Assembly: GCA_964388745.1 (NCBI GenBank) | Contig: CAYMBP010000001.1 | Span: 28,244 to 92,243, forward strand | Direction: 5' to 3' | Length of the DNA stretch: 64,000 bases | DNA from: an uncultured Pseudomonadota bacterium | Lineage (GTDB): Bacteria > Babelota > Babeliae > Babelales > RVW-14 | Shown here: positions 33,348-42,691 of the stretch, piece after piece | Numbering within the stretch: the first letter of the stretch is position 1 | How the letters are laid out: every line of letters starts with the position of its first letter | The notes under the pieces: generated by a model | What the model saw: only the letters and a program-made list of their open reading frames with translations | Told to the model about the DNA's origin: nothing | The model's database searches: none | Program-made: the position numbers and the translations under genes

Positions 33348-34814
33348 ATGGATGAAAAATCACGGGTACAAGCCGTCGTTCTTGCTGCAGGCAAATCAAC
33401 CCGCTTTAAAACAAAAAAAAGCAAATTACTCTTTGGTATTTGTGGTCGATCAATGATTATGTACCCCATGTCGGTTCTGAACTCACTTGGTATAGCATCA
33501 ACCGTTGTTCTTGGTTATCAGGGTGATAAAATTCGTAAAGAAATAGAAGCTCACGTTACAAGTGATGTGGCATTTATTAATCAGGAAGAGCAGCGAGGTA
33601 CTGGCCATGCCGTGTTACAAACGGTTTCAACGTGGCAAGGTGACGATATTCTTGTTCTTTCAGGCGATACTCCGCTTATTACACAAGAGCTTATTGAGCA
33701 ATTAATCAAAGAGCATAAAAAAAATAATAATGTGATCACCTTTCTTACAACGCAAGTGATTGATCCAACTGGCTATGGAAGAGTGTTAGAGCTTGATGGC
33801 TTTGTTAAGATTATTGAGGATAAAAATTGTACTCCTGAGCAAAAGCTTGTGACGCGTGTTAATGCGGGCATTTATCTTTTTAAGCGAGCATTTATAGAGC
33901 AGTATATTACTCAGCTACAGCCCAACGAGTTAACGGGTGAGATATACCTTGTAGATCTTATTGAAAAGGCAAGTGAGCTTGAGCTTGGAGTAAAGACAAT
34001 TCCCGTTCCGTATGATTTGGTTCGAGGGGTGAATACGCTCCAGGATCTTTGGGGTGTTGAGCAGGTTAAGCGCTCTGAGCTCATTCGTTATTGGATGCAT
34101 GAAGGAGTTCGTTTTGAACTTGCCCAAAGTATTCATATTGATCTTGATGTAACCATTGGAGCGGGCTCTTTTATTGGAACAGGTGTGCATCTTCTTCGTG
34201 GAACACGTATTGGTGAAGAGTGCTTTGTTGGGGCTTTTTCAATGGTTGCAAATACACAGCTTGGTGATGAGAGTATGATTCATTCCCATTCAGTCGTTCA
34301 GGATAGTAAGCTTGGCTCTCATGTACGAGTTGGTCCATTTGCACGGCTTCGTGAGCAGGTAGTTTTAGAGGATGGAGCAGAAGTAGGTAATTTTGTTGAG
34401 GCAAAGCAGACGACACTTGGTGAAAAATCAAAAGCAAAGCATTTAAGCTATTTAGGCAATGCTGCAATCGGTAAGAATGTTAACATTGGAGCCGGAACAA
34501 TTTTTTGTAATTATGATGGCTATGAAAAACATACGACAACGATACAAGATGATGTTTTTGTTGGAAGCAACAGTACGCTTGTTGCGCCGATTACCATAGA
34601 AAAAGGTGGCTATACAGCTGCAGGGTCAACAATTAATAAAGATGTTCCAGCAGATACGCTCGCTTTTGGCCGAGCGCGACAAGAAAATAAAGAGGGGTAT
34701 GCACAAAAGCTCAATAAAGAGAAAAGAACTGATAATCTTTGTGAAGAAGAAGAGACATTTGATTTTACAGCTGCAATAAGATCTGCAGAAGATAAAAAAG
34801 AAAGTATTATATGA
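33348..34814 (+). CDS. glmU: bifunctional GlcNAc-1-P uridyltransferase / GlcN-1-P acetyltransferase
   Basis: ATG 33348 follows AAGGAG; the ORF is open from 33318. 'VVLAAGKSTRFK'. Left-handed beta-helix hexapeptide repeats in the C-terminal half. About 35 aa of acidic C-terminal extension. Confidence 0.9.
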   Translation: MDEKSRVQAVVLAAGKSTRFKTKKSKLLFGICGRSMIMYPMSVLNSLGIASTVVLGYQGDKIRKEIEAHVTSDVAFINQEEQRGTGHAVLQTVSTWQGDDILVLSGDTPLITQELIEQLIKEHKKNNNVITFLTTQVIDPTGYGRVLELDGFVKIIEDKNCTPEQKLVTRVNAGIYLFKRAFIEQYITQLQPNELTGEIYLVDLIEKASELELGVKTIPVPYDLVRGVNTLQDLWGVEQVKRSELIRYWMHEGVRFELAQSIHIDLDVTIGAGSFIGTGVHLLRGTRIGEECFVGAFSMVANTQLGDESMIHSHSVVQDSKLGSHVRVGPFARLREQVVLEDGAEVGNFVEAKQTTLGEKSKAKHLSYLGNAAIGKNVNIGAGTIFCNYDGYEKHTTTIQDDVFVGSNSTLVAPITIEKGGYTAAGSTINKDVPADTLAFGRARQENKEGYAQKLNKEKRTDNLCEEEETFDFTAAIRSAEDKKESII

Positions 34815-36049
34815 TTTTTTTTCACACCGCTGATATTCACTATGGTGTTGAAAATTATGGACGTATTGACCAAGCAACCGGAATACACTCTCGTTTGCTT
34901 GATTTTAATAAGGCATTTAGTTCTCTGGTTGATCAGGCAATTGAGCAAGATATTGATTTTATTATTTTTTCTGGAGATGCATATAAGACAGCGTATCCAA
35001 CACCAACGCAACAAAAGTTGTTAGCTGAGCAGCTATTTCGCTTGCAAAAAGCAGGAATCCCTGTTGCGATCATTGTTGGAAATCATGATCATCCTTTAAG
35101 CTTTGGTAAGGCAAATGCTCTAGACGTATTTGGTTATTTACCGGTAAAAGGATTTTATGTCTTTTCAAAGCCTGAAATTAAGACTATTTCAACAAAAAGT
35201 GGTGAAGTGCAGATTGTTGGAATTCCCTGGCCAACACGTAATAATGTTATTGCTCATGAAGGCCATCGTTTTAAAAATAATCAGGAAATTGCGCAGTATT
35301 TATCAGATCGGGTAAGCACATTAATTGCTCACTTTGCAGAGCAGCTTGATATTTCTAAACCTGCTATTTTAGCAGGTCACTTGACAGTGAGTAACGGAAT
35401 TTTTTCAGGGTCCGAGAAATGTGCTATTTTTGGGACTGACCCATTATTTCTTCCATCACAACTTGCTCTTCCTGCGTTTGATTATGTTGCACTTGGGCAT
35501 CTTCATCGTTATCAAAATCTTAATAAAGGGGGAGCGCCTGCTGTTGTATATTCAGGCTCTATAGAGCGTGTTGATTTTGGAGAGCGGAAAGAAGAAAAAG
35601 GATTTTGTAAGGTAGTAATTAATAAGAAGGGAGCTAAACGATTTTGCACTCATGAGTTTATTAAGATAGAAGCTCGTCCTATGTTGCAAATAGAAGTTGT
35701 CCTTAAGAGAGATGATCAGACTGAGCAAATTATTGATGCGCTAAGTCATTATGATTTGAAAGAGGCAATTATAAAAATTGTCTATTATCTTCCTGAAGGA
35801 AAGAAGGACTCTGTTGATTTAAATGCTGTGCATAGATCTTGTCAGCAGGCACACTATGTTGTTGGAGTTATTCCTGTACATGCTATCGGACAACGTTCTT
35901 TGAGGGCGGATATCTCTGTTGATATGACTTTCCCTATTATTTTGGAACATTATATTGCAAAAAAAGACCATCTTAAAAAAAGAGAAAAGTCTTTATTAAA
36001 AAAGGGTATTGAGCTTTATAATCAAATAGAAACGCCTAAAGAAAGTTGA
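34811..36049 (+). CDS. sbcD: SbcD/Mre11-family nuclease
   Basis: Calcineurin-like phosphoesterase motifs 'FFHTADIHYG', 'DFIIFSGDAYK', 'VGNHDHP' and 'ALGHLH'. The ATG overlaps the glmU TGA (ATGA). Confidence 0.8.
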   Translation: MIFFHTADIHYGVENYGRIDQATGIHSRLLDFNKAFSSLVDQAIEQDIDFIIFSGDAYKTAYPTPTQQKLLAEQLFRLQKAGIPVAIIVGNHDHPLSFGKANALDVFGYLPVKGFYVFSKPEIKTISTKSGEVQIVGIPWPTRNNVIAHEGHRFKNNQEIAQYLSDRVSTLIAHFAEQLDISKPAILAGHLTVSNGIFSGSEKCAIFGTDPLFLPSQLALPAFDYVALGHLHRYQNLNKGGAPAVVYSGSIERVDFGERKEEKGFCKVVINKKGAKRFCTHEFIKIEARPMLQIEVVLKRDDQTEQIIDALSHYDLKEAIIKIVYYLPEGKKDSVDLNAVHRSCQQAHYVVGVIPVHAIGQRSLRADISVDMTFPIILEHYIAKKDHLKKREKSLLKKGIELYNQIETPKES

Positions 36050-36063
36050 TAATTAAAAGCATC

Positions 36064-36092
36064 TTATTTTTGCTTGACAGAGTCTTCCCCGA
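36064..36092 (+). promoter_or_regulatory. orphan sigma70-like promoter motif
   Basis: TTGACA (36064-36069), a 17-nt spacer, then TAGGAT (36087-36092). Lies in the sbcD / lipoprotein-gene spacer. No annotated + strand gene is downstream. Confidence 0.3.
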
Positions 36093-36190
36093 TTGTTAGG
36101 ATTTTGCATGTTCGGGCTTATGCGAGCTGATCAATTAATGTATAAAATCCCTAAATGAACGATACGTTAATGTATTGTTCGCCCCCCCAA

Positions 36191-36226
36191 CCCTCCAGCT
36201 TTTCCTAAGTTGGAGGGACTTTTTTC
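36191..36226 (+). terminator. hairpin terminator
   Basis: ccctccagctt (36191-36201) pairs with aagttggaggg (36207-36217): 11 bp with one mismatch. A T-run follows (36220-36225). Arm 2 overlaps the last codons of the convergent minus-strand gene. Confidence 0.6.
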
Positions 36227-36645
36227 AAAAGCAAAATATTGCTTGATGAGCCTTGCAAGCAGTGTCCGTTGACTTGATAAAGTCCTCTCATCATATAGCC
36301 AGAGGTATATTTTTTTGCAACATCATTGAATCTATGTTGTGTTACATCAAAAAATTTATATGGTTCGAAGCTAATCAGAGTATTATTACTGAGTCTGTAG
36401 AGTGCGTAACCATGAAGAATTGCACCCTCAGGAATATCTTTTGGCGGGAGCCAACATAAGGTAATTTTTTTATTTTTTCTTATTAAAGAAGTTAGTTTTG
36501 CAGCAGGAAGCTTTAGGCGAGGATAAGGATGTGATTTTTTGATTTCAAAATTAAAGAGATTATTTTGTTTTCTTCCACATCCAGAGAAAAATAAAATAAA
36601 AATTATACAAGAGTAGTAAGAAATAGTAAGTTTATATATTTTCAT
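36205..36645 (-). CDS. putative lipoprotein
   Basis: Lipobox 'LFFSGC' after a hydrophobic N-terminus. 146 aa, otherwise unrecognised; there is a possible Ig/FN3-like beta segment 'ITLCWLPPKDIPEGAILHGYALYRL'. Confidence 0.5.
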   Translation of the reverse strand: MKIYKLTISYYSCIIFILFFSGCGRKQNNLFNFEIKKSHPYPRLKLPAAKLTSLIRKNKKITLCWLPPKDIPEGAILHGYALYRLSNNTLISFEPYKFFDVTQHRFNDVAKKYTSGYMMRGLYQVNGHCLQGSSSNILLLKKVPPT

Positions 36646-36724
36646 TATAATTTGTGAAATAAATGAAGTGAAAGCTTACGATATTCTTCATCGCAAGCTT
36701 TGTTTGAAGTTTTTTTGATTGTTA

Positions 36725-38245
36725 TTAAGGGTGCGTTGACGGTTTAGTGAAGATGACACTGAATTCCTCAACAGCTTTTTTAAGTTCTTCGAATTGTTCT
36801 TCGGTAATATCTCGAGTCTCTTTAAGGCTATTGTAAAGATTTTCATGTGAGCCTTTAATATATGAAACACAGGTAATTGAAAAATCTTTGAGCTCTTCGA
36901 TTTTTACCTTATCTAGATAGTTTTCTTTGAGGAGAAATAAGAATATAAGCTGATCAGTTAAGTCATGTGTTTGGCGTTCATTTTGTTTAAAAAGAGCAAC
37001 TGCACGTTTACCTCGATCCAAGGCTTTTCGACTACTTTTGTCGAGTTCGGTTCCAAATTGAGCAAAGGCCAGGAGTTCATTATATTGAGCAAGTTCAAGC
37101 TTGAGGTTGCTACTCATTTTTTTTGTTGCTTTTGTTTGTGCTGCACCACCAACACGAGAAATTGAAAGTCCAATGCTTACAGCAGGGCGAATGCCTTGGT
37201 TAAACAATGTAGTATCAAAAAAAATTTGCCCATCTGTAATGGAGATAAGATTTGTTGGAATGTATGAAGAAATATCATCTCCCTGTGTTTGAATAACAGG
37301 AAGAGCCGTTAGCGACCCTCCTCCAAGTTCACTATTAAGTCTTCCTGCTCGCTCAAGAAGACGTGAATGCACATAAAAAATATCTCCAGGATAAGCTTCT
37401 CGCCCAGGGGGGCGTTGGAGTAGGAGAGAAAGTTCTCGATAAGCGATAGCGTGTGCTGTGAGATCATCGTAAATAATCAGTACATCTTTACCTTGCTTCA
37501 TAAAATATTCTCCAATAGTACAACCAGCATATGGAGCAAGGAATTGATTAAGGGCTGTCTCTTTAGCGCTAGCATCAACAAGAATTGTATATTCAAGGGC
37601 GCTATGTTGCTCAAGTTCATAAATAATACGAGCAATGCTCGCTTGCTTGTGGCCAATCGTTACATATACACAGATTACATTCTTGCCTTGCTGGTGCAAA
37701 ATAATATCCATTACCAAGGATGTTTTTCCAGTGCTTCGATTACCAATAAAAAGTTCCCGTTGTCCTTTTCCAATTGGAATGAGTGTATCAATAACTGTAA
37801 CACCCGTTTCAAGGGGTTCATTGACCGGTTGGCGTTCAGTAATTCCTGGGGCTGTTAATTCAATTGGTTCGTATGAGGAGGCTTCAATCTCTTCAAGACC
37901 ATCAAGGGGTTTGCCAAGAGCATTAATAATTCTTCCACACAAAGAGTCACCAACAGGAATAGAAAAAACATTGCCAGTTCTTTTGGCATATTCTCGTTCA
38001 ATAACTGGTCGTGTATTTTCTAAAAGTCCTACAGATACAAAATCTTCATCAAGATGCAAAATAATTCCGGTACTTCCGTTTTCAAACTCAATCAATTCCC
38101 CAAAAATAGCATTAATAAGCCCGTATACTTTGCAAATGCCATCGCCAACTTTGATGACAATGCCTATTTCATCAAATGATTCTTGTGGTTTATCATTAAG
38201 TGCATTTTCAAGAAGTGATATGAGGTCAGTATCTTTTTCAATCAT
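36725..38245 (-). CDS. atpA: F1 ATP synthase alpha subunit
   Basis: 'RELFIGNRSTGKTSLVMDIIL' (Walker A). 'ALEYTILVDASAKE'. 'REAYPGDIFYVHSRLLERA'. 'SLTALPVIQTQGDDISSYIPTNLISITDGQIFF'. Confidence 0.92.
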   Translation of the reverse strand: MIEKDTDLISLLENALNDKPQESFDEIGIVIKVGDGICKVYGLINAIFGELIEFENGSTGIILHLDEDFVSVGLLENTRPVIEREYAKRTGNVFSIPVGDSLCGRIINALGKPLDGLEEIEASSYEPIELTAPGITERQPVNEPLETGVTVIDTLIPIGKGQRELFIGNRSTGKTSLVMDIILHQQGKNVICVYVTIGHKQASIARIIYELEQHSALEYTILVDASAKETALNQFLAPYAGCTIGEYFMKQGKDVLIIYDDLTAHAIAYRELSLLLQRPPGREAYPGDIFYVHSRLLERAGRLNSELGGGSLTALPVIQTQGDDISSYIPTNLISITDGQIFFDTTLFNQGIRPAVSIGLSISRVGGAAQTKATKKMSSNLKLELAQYNELLAFAQFGTELDKSSRKALDRGKRAVALFKQNERQTHDLTDQLIFLFLLKENYLDKVKIEELKDFSITCVSYIKGSHENLYNSLKETRDITEEQFEELKKAVEEFSVIFTKPSTHP

Positions 38246-38796
38246 GACGTTATCCGTTGAGACATAAAGAGGTTAATAGATCGAAGGATTTTTTTCACCG
38301 AATGTTCCCACAATAAGGTGGGGCTTTGTATTTTAATACCGTTAATGAGTGATGCATCGACAGTAAATTGTGCAACACTATTGCTGCTGACTTTCTTTTG
38401 TAGATGCTCAGTAATAGCTTTTTTTTCTATTTCTTCAAGCGGATGAGCTGTTGTAACAGTAAATAATTCTTTTTTTATTCTGACATTGTAGAGTTGCTCA
38501 ATTTGATAAAGTATAGAATCAAGTAAAATAATTTTTTTATGACTAAGTAGGAGGTAAATCAATTTTTCAATATATTCTGGGCAATCAGTTATTTGGCAAA
38601 TTTTTTCTATTGCAGCTCTGCGAGTTTCATCATTTACTTTTGATATTGTTAAGCAGGCATAGGTCCACCGATTTTTTTGTAAAAAATGAGCTAGCGAGGT
38701 AAATTGCGCAATATACCTTGGGGAGAGATGTTGTTGATAACAGTTAAGAAATGCATGAGCATAGCGGCGTGCCTCTGGTTTATAATGATGAATCAT
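38242..38796 (-). CDS. atpH: ATP synthase delta (OSCP) subunit
   Basis: 184 aa, positioned between the b and alpha subunits. The stop overlaps the atpA start. OSCP-like C-terminal 'VDASLINGIKIQSPTLLWEHSVKKIL'. Confidence 0.6.
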   Translation of the reverse strand: MIHHYKPEARRYAHAFLNCYQQHLSPRYIAQFTSLAHFLQKNRWTYACLTISKVNDETRRAAIEKICQITDCPEYIEKLIYLLLSHKKIILLDSILYQIEQLYNVRIKKELFTVTTAHPLEEIEKKAITEHLQKKVSSNSVAQFTVDASLINGIKIQSPTLLWEHSVKKILRSINLFMSQRITS

Positions 38797-39334
38797 GCCA
38801 CTCCTTTTCTTGCTTGACTGTTGACTGTAAAAAGTGCTGAATGCTTTGTGCTGAAAAAGAATTAGATGAGGTTTTTTGGAAAGCTATTATTTCTTTTTCA
38901 GCTTTTATAAGAGCCTCGGGTAATGCTTTTTTAAGGAGCATTGAGGCATAAATTTCTTTACGTTGTCGTGTACGTCGGTCATTAAGCGCCTGAGTTCGTA
39001 GTCTATTTATTTGTTCTTGTTCATTTGCATTATGTTGTTGGGCTTTATACCATTTTTGAATGTTACGCTCAAAAACAACGAAGCTTTTTTTCTGTTGCTT
39101 TATTTGATTTTGAAGGCGTAGTTGAGTAGAGGTTAACAGCTTATCTTTTTCTATAATTTCCATTTGCTGATTTTTTTCTTTATTTAAAAGATTATAAAGT
39201 AAGGGAATTACATACTGTTTAATTGGATTAATAAGCGTATGAATAAGAAGTCCAAATAGACAAAAATGGAAAATAATATCAATTAAAGATATGTTAACGT
39301 GCATGACAAATTCTCTCCACAATAAAGGATTCAA
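38780..39334 (-). CDS. atpF: ATP synthase subunit b
   Basis: One N-terminal TM helix followed by a long charged helix. Position in the operon supports the call. The real start may be the internal Met at 39304. Confidence 0.55.
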   Translation of the reverse strand: MNPLLWREFVMHVNISLIDIIFHFCLFGLLIHTLINPIKQYVIPLLYNLLNKEKNQQMEIIEKDKLLTSTQLRLQNQIKQQKKSFVVFERNIQKWYKAQQHNANEQEQINRLRTQALNDRRTRQRKEIYASMLLKKALPEALIKAEKEIIAFQKTSSNSFSAQSIQHFLQSTVKQEKEWHDSSL

Positions 39335-39650
39335 TATGCTCTTTTGCCTGATTAACTTTATCAGGAGTTATAGAAAGCAAAGTAAGTGTTGCCGTTTCTT
39401 GTGGCTGGGATGTTGGCTGCTTATAGTGCTCCTTGATGTGATTTTGAAATTGAATAAGCTGTTGCATCTTGTTATCTTGCAGTGTGGTTAAGAGCTTATC
39501 TTTTGCTTGTAGTTTTTCAACAACAAGCTTATATCCATTTTCTTGATCTGTAATATAACGAACAAATGGACCAAAAAAAAATCTATCAAGAAATAGGTAT
39601 ACGAGATAAAAATGAATTATTTGAGCAAAAAGTGTAATATTTATATTCAT
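39294..39650 (-). CDS. ATP synthase subunit b' (second b-type subunit)
   Basis: 118 aa. N-terminal TM 'ITLFAQIIHFYLVYLFLDRFFFGPF' followed by a helical tail. Lies between the c and b subunits. Confidence 0.5.
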   Translation of the reverse strand: MNINITLFAQIIHFYLVYLFLDRFFFGPFVRYITDQENGYKLVVEKLQAKDKLLTTLQDNKMQQLIQFQNHIKEHYKQPTSQPQETATLTLLSITPDKVNQAKEHIESFIVERICHAR

Positions 39651-39683
39651 TATTTACCTTCTATGTGCTCTACTTGTTAATTA

Positions 39684-39929
39684 TTACCGAACAACATAAA
39701 TAATCAAAAGAAGTGCAATTAAAAGCGCATAAATAGCACTTGTTTCTACCATAATCAATGCTGTAAACATTGCACGCATAATAAGCCCGGCATTTTCAGG
39801 ACGCTTGCTGATGCTTTCACAGGCTTTTCCGCCAACAAATCCTTGTCCAAGCGCTGGGCCAAGAGTCCCTAAGCCCATACAAATACCTGCTGCAAGATAC
39901 GCTGCTATCTTTACTGACTCCATAGCCAT
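39684..39929 (-). CDS. atpE: ATP synthase subunit c
   Basis: 81-aa hairpin. 'GICMGLGTLGPALGQG', polar loop 'KRPEN', and the ion-binding Glu in 'MVETSAIYALLIALLLI'. Confidence 0.9.
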   Translation of the reverse strand: MAMESVKIAAYLAAGICMGLGTLGPALGQGFVGGKACESISKRPENAGLIMRAMFTALIMVETSAIYALLIALLLIIYVVR

Positions 39930-40382
39930 GAATGACCTTTCGGGTTAAGATTGAATATTCCTAATAATACGTTATTCTAGCACCAACTCATCAAAATCTG
40001 CAATATGATTTTTATTTAAGTGAAAATAATGTGGTTTTGTATGTAAAAATTAATAAAAATTGAATACAAGAATTTATAATTATTACTCTTTTGTTAAAGA
40101 AGCATATTTTATTGACAAGATTCTTTTTATGAGTAAATTTGCCATAACATAATGTTAACAAACTAACGGTTCTATTTTTTATGAAAATAGGCTAAGATGA
40201 GAGGCATTCGTTCTTTTAGGGTATAGCCGTTTCGAAGTTTAGTATCCATTTTGTGTATTGATTAAAAGAGTGTATCAATATTACAGATTTATTTAAGTTT
40301 GAGTGTGATCTAAAAAATATTTAATAAAGAGGTATCTTACTATTATTTAATAGTCATTAGAGCAACACTGTAGGTTTATACT

Positions 40383-41954
40383 ATGAATTATGAAAATAAA
40401 TGCTTTTTTAAAAAAATGCTTACTTTAATTATTTTACTTAAACCGATTTTTTTCACTGCTTATGCATGGGTGAATGATCATGATCTTAGCTATTTTTCAA
40501 TGGAGAGATTATTAGAGCTAGAGGAAGAACTTGGCTTAGATATGAATTTTAAAATGTCAAAGATTGAAGCTTCTGATTTGCGTGCACTTTTTGCAACATA
40601 TCCTCTTGATGGGCCATTGTGGAAAAGTACACGAGCTCCTTCGGGGCGAGACCCTCTTTATTTATTGCCACAAAAAATTATTGCTATTGAATATGGTGGG
40701 GTGGCTATAAGTTTTTTCTATAATCAAACAAATAGAATGCCAATGACAGTCTCTACACTTTTTGGTGATTTGTTTGATCCTCCTGGAGCTGGTGGTGAGC
40801 CAAGAGGATTTATTCCACTTTTACAAACTTCAATCGAAGGTTTTATTGCAGATTCTGAATCAAGCGTTAATCCAGAGCAAGTGAGTCGTGACGTCGTGAC
40901 ACTGCTTCCTTTTTTGCGAAACTTGACAACACAGCAGCGACAAGCTGGTTTTTTCGTACAAGCAGGTTTTGCCATGGGTCCTCTCATGCTGCAGGTGCAT
41001 ACCCCATTTCTTATTTCTGAACGAAATTTTTGGCTTGGTGCTCGAGACCGAAGGCTTGTTGAAGAGCTTATGAAAAATTATGCAACAAGTGCTGCTGATT
41101 TTGATTATAGTGAGTTGTTTCATATTCGGTATGGTTTAGGAGATACTCGTCTCAAGCTTGGCTTGAACATGGTCAATATGACAAATTTTGCGCTTGATTT
41201 TGGAGGGGAGGCTATTCTTCCCACAAGCTTGCTTTCTTATGACCCTCGCTTTCAGACTCACTCTGAACAGGTTGTTGAGGCAACTCCTATAGCAATTGAT
41301 GATTTTGTAACGAATATGACAGATGTTTTAAGGGGGATTCGTGATTATTGGCTTGATCCTCGTCTTGGTAACAATGGTCATTGGGGAGCAGGTATTTATT
41401 TAGAAACGAAATTTGGCCTTTTTCATGATTTTTTCCAGTTATGGACAAGGGTTTCTTACGACTTGCTAATGCGGGGTAAAGAGGATAGGTTATTTATGTT
41501 TGTTCCTACTTTAACAAGTGAGAGTTTAGATAGTATTCCTCCAAGTGACAATCGAAATCAGGCTGAAGCTGACTTAGTTAATGCCTATCTTAAGCAATAC
41601 GTGCTTCCGTCGGCCTTTCGCTGTACAATTCGCCCTGGAGGGGTATTTAATGCAGTTGCTGTAGGAACCGTAAATTGGGGGCGTTGGCGTTTTTCTTTAG
41701 GCTATGATTATTATGCTAAGCAAAAAGAGCACTTGCATCGTTTGCATGATACGAATGTTAAGATTTCAGATCTTGCAGTTGAGGCTGGTCTTGTAGAGCG
41801 AGTACAGCAGCATAAAATTTTCTCAGAGTCGTTATATTCGTGGACGAGTAAAAAAGCTCAATACTCATTTGGCTACGGAAGTGACTTTACTTTGGCTAAT
41901 GAAAATATTGGGAGCGATTGGACTGTTTATTTAAAATTTGTAGCATCGTTTTAG
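40383..41954 (+). CDS. putative outer-membrane beta-barrel protein
   Basis: Signal-like 'MLTLIILLKPIFFTAYA'. Alternating amphipathic strands. The C-terminus 'WTVYLKFVASF' ends in Phe, as in many OMPs. No family recognised. Confidence 0.45.
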   Translation: MNYENKCFFKKMLTLIILLKPIFFTAYAWVNDHDLSYFSMERLLELEEELGLDMNFKMSKIEASDLRALFATYPLDGPLWKSTRAPSGRDPLYLLPQKIIAIEYGGVAISFFYNQTNRMPMTVSTLFGDLFDPPGAGGEPRGFIPLLQTSIEGFIADSESSVNPEQVSRDVVTLLPFLRNLTTQQRQAGFFVQAGFAMGPLMLQVHTPFLISERNFWLGARDRRLVEELMKNYATSAADFDYSELFHIRYGLGDTRLKLGLNMVNMTNFALDFGGEAILPTSLLSYDPRFQTHSEQVVEATPIAIDDFVTNMTDVLRGIRDYWLDPRLGNNGHWGAGIYLETKFGLFHDFFQLWTRVSYDLLMRGKEDRLFMFVPTLTSESLDSIPPSDNRNQAEADLVNAYLKQYVLPSAFRCTIRPGGVFNAVAVGTVNWGRWRFSLGYDYYAKQKEHLHRLHDTNVKISDLAVEAGLVERVQQHKIFSESLYSWTSKKAQYSFGYGSDFTLANENIGSDWTVYLKFVASF

Positions 41955-41981
41955 TGGGTTAACACTTGTTGTATTATTAAT

Positions 41982-42662
41982 ATGAAAGGCTTTGTAATGA
42001 GTACAAGTTGTAGAACATATGCGGTTGCGGTTGTGTTATTTTTTGCACCATTAACAGTAAGTGCGCAAGGGGCACAAATAAAAAAACAATCTCCTGTCAT
42101 TGGTAAAAAATTAGAAGGAGATAAGGTAACATTACCAATGGTGATGGTGAATAAAATTTTAAAAGCGAATGGCCTTGCTACTGCTCGTATGGTTTATGCT
42201 CAGATAACTGCACGAGAGATTATTGATTCTATAGATGCGTATAATGTTTCACGATCAGAAGGTAAAAAGCCTAATGGTATTACTATTACGCGAAAAGTTT
42301 CAGGTAAGACAGAAGCAACTTGTAAGGGAGAAGAAGAGTTTGTTAAAGAGAGTATCAATTCAATTATTGAGCCAGTTGAAGTGTTTATTGGCGCACTTAA
42401 AAAACAAGAAAAAGAGTTGCGCCCTATTATTGAAAAGAGTCTTGGACAAGGCAGAGCTCCTCGCTTGATTAAGTATTTTCAGCAAACTGGTAATTTTAAA
42501 GAAGTTGTGCAAAAAGATATAACAACAGTTGATGATCTTCGTAATGTTTGTGAAGACCTTGAAACGCTTTTTGCTGATATTTATGAAAGTTTAACCCCAG
42601 AAGCTCGTCAAGCATATGAGAATATAAAAGCAAAAATGGCTGAAAGAACAAAAGAAAAATAA
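41982..42662 (+). CDS. secreted hypothetical protein
   Basis: Signal peptide '...AVAVVLFFAPLTVSAQG'; ATG 41997 is an alternative start. K/E-rich and helical. Begins 27 nt after the OMP gene. Confidence 0.45.
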   Translation: MKGFVMSTSCRTYAVAVVLFFAPLTVSAQGAQIKKQSPVIGKKLEGDKVTLPMVMVNKILKANGLATARMVYAQITAREIIDSIDAYNVSRSEGKKPNGITITRKVSGKTEATCKGEEEFVKESINSIIEPVEVFIGALKKQEKELRPIIEKSLGQGRAPRLIKYFQQTGNFKEVVQKDITTVDDLRNVCEDLETLFADIYESLTPEARQAYENIKAKMAERTKEK

Positions 42663-42691
42663 GGTACTTTTCTACCTGTTAGGAATAATGT

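Noticed and set aside
34610-35014. 134-aa minus-strand ORF spanning the glmU/sbcD junction.
   Set aside because: It is antisense to two well-supported, translationally coupled genes.
37635-38267. 210-aa + strand ORF, with a 135-aa one at 37451-37858.
   Set aside because: Both lie entirely antisense to atpA, whose identity is unambiguous. Neither has a recognisable motif.
39930-40382. 453-nt AT-rich intergenic region searched for atpB/atpI remnants or an RNA gene.
   Set aside because: It has no ORF of at least 60 aa in any frame, no recognisable a-subunit fragments and no convincing conserved RNA structure by eye. Only a weak promoter-like element was seen.
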